Shown piece by piece: positions 62,701 to 64,000 of a stretch of DNA of 64,000 nt. Every line of letters starts with the position of its first letter. Position 1 is the first letter of the stretch. The translations under genes and the position numbers were made by a program. The DNA lies in the NCBI GenBank assembly GCA_002269645.1, contig NIVC01001588.1, forward strand, positions 1-64,000, written 5' to 3'. A model generated the notes under the pieces. It was not told the origin of the DNA. It ran no database searches and worked only from the letters and a program-made list of their open reading frames with translations. This DNA comes from Macrostomum lignano. Taxonomy: Eukaryota.

Positions 62701-64000
62701 TTGAGCCATTTAGCCATGCCAACAGCTGTCTGCCACCAGTCTGGGCCCAGATGGCCAGCTTCCAGTCCCTTCCGACAGCTGAGCATTTCCATCGGAACTT
62801 GCCTAGCGATCCGGCCAGTGGACTGCTTTGGTCTGTTGATTTGCACTTTGTGCCCAGGTCTGAGCGTCAGCTCATTGTTAGTTTTGCTGCTCATCTACCG
62901 CGTGGCGGCATGACTCCGGTACCTGTCAATCAGTTTCTGTCTGGCGGCTGTATCAGCGTGTGGCGAATTGACTCTGTGACAGAAATTAGTGAGAACCGCT
63001 TTGCTTACTTGCTAATCGGGATAGCTAATGGGCTAATGATCGGGCTAATCAGTGAGCTAATGATATAGCTAATCAGTGAGCTAATTGTATAGCTAATCAG
63101 TGAGCTAATGGTACAGCTAATCAGTGAGCTAATTGTATAGCTAATCAGTGAGCTAATTGTATAGCTAATCAGTGAGCTAATGATATAGCTAATCAGTGAG
63201 CTAATGATATAGCTAATCAGTGAGCTAATGATATAGCTAATCAGTGAGCTAATGATATAGCTAATCAGTGAGCTAATGGTACAGCTAATCAGTGAGCTAT
63301 CAGTGTATAGCTAATCAGTGAGCTAATTGTATAGCTAATCAGTGAGCTAAATATATAGCTGATCAGTGAGCTAATTGTATAGCTAATCAGTGAGCTAATT
63401 GTATAGCTAATCAGTGAGCTAATGGTACAGCTAATCTGTGGGCTAATGGTATAGCTAATCAGTGAGCTAATGATATAGCTAATCAATGAGCTAATGATAT
63501 AGCTAATCAGTGAGCTAATGATATAGCTAATCAGTGAGCTAATGATATAGCTAATCAGTGAGCTAAATATATAGCTAATCAGTGAGCTAATGATATAGCT
63601 AATCAGTGAGCTAATGATATAGCTAATCAGTGAGCTAATGGTATAGCTAATCAGTGAGCTAATTGTATAGCTAATCAGTGAGCTAATGATATAGCTAATC
63701 AGTTCAGCCCCCGCCCAACCGCAGCCTGCAGCCTGCTCCCGCGCCTCCAGTCTATGTCCTATCCCTGCCGGGTCCGGGTGGCCGTGCACCCCGGCTGGCC
63801 CAAAGTCTGTTTTGCCGGCGAGCTCGGCCTCAGCCTGGTGGACCTGCTGGCCCCGCCAGTCAACGGCCTCCCCCGGGTTCGCAGCGCCGGCAAGCCCAAC
63901 ATGGGCGAAGTGATCAAAAGCCTGGCCATGTCTCCAAACGGCACCAGAATTCTCGTCATGCTGCGTCTCGCGCACAGATTCTATTTGAGAATTGTCCGGC
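59770..64000 (+). CDS. Putative beta-propeller/WD40-like protein, 3'-partial; tentative exons 59770-59803, 59906-60060, 62751-62988, 63725->64000
   Basis: Open GC-rich exons with WD-like segments (GGCISVWRID; VIKSLAMSPNGTRILV) and compatible splice phases (1, 0, 1). The first two exons and the family assignment are tentative. Confidence 0.5.
60454..61117. mobile_element. MITE (~290 bp without the nested SINE) with ~93-bp terminal inverted repeats
   Basis: acaaggacaacttaagtagaaggacgcgaaacctcgtttcttagaaaattttagaaggca..ttcccgaaaaaatacactacggagatagg matches the reverse complement of 61025-61117. The SINE interrupts the left TIR. A TA TSD is seen on the left only. Confidence 0.8.
60546..60905 (-). 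mobile_element. SINE family 1, full-length, with 14-bp TSD TACACTACGGAGAT (60532-60545 and 60906-60919)
   Basis: Reverse complement of 7637-7995, with a T-tail at the left end and a perfect direct repeat on both sides. Confidence 0.92.
63015..63702 (+). repeat. 24-bp minisatellite in the last gene's intron
   Basis: GCTAATCAGTGAGCTAATGATATA units. Confidence 0.95.

Noticed and set aside
62607-64000. Assignment of the last gene as Aladin/AAAS or another named WD40 gene
   Set aside because: Only generic WD-like segments are visible, with no diagnostic motif, so no symbol is given.

Overview
Eukaryotic (animal) genomic DNA with eight spliced protein-coding genes, all on the + strand. In order: DJ-1/PARK7 (5' exon not found in the window), DIS3L2 copy A, a DPF/d4 (requiem) double-PHD gene with an apparent 1-nt frameshift, ATG7, a diverged DIS3L2 copy B, an uncharacterised zinc-finger protein, a secreted 2x F-type-lectin + WSC protein, and the 5' part of a possible beta-propeller gene. 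I built the gene models by hand from GT-AG sites, reading-frame continuity and remembered family motifs; no database search was run. Most ORFs in the supplied track are artefacts of tandem repeats or antisense GC-rich exons. About 28 of 35 introns carry their own private minisatellite. The remaining introns are short or hold tRNA-derived SINEs or MITEs. GC-rich poly-Q/A/G exons with minisatellite-filled introns resemble the flatworm Macrostomum (inference only). The best candidates for something new are: (1) a second DIS3L2 with an intact catalytic motif and a mitochondrial-presequence-like N-terminus, a possible animal analogue of fungal Dss1; (2) the one-minisatellite-per-intron architecture, with strong phase-0 excess and almost no intron positions shared between the two paralogues; (3) a co-oriented cluster with 3' splice sites just before start codons, suggesting SL trans-splicing; (4) upstream arrays made of TF-site-like motifs; (5) nested SINE/MITE insertions with clean TSDs.
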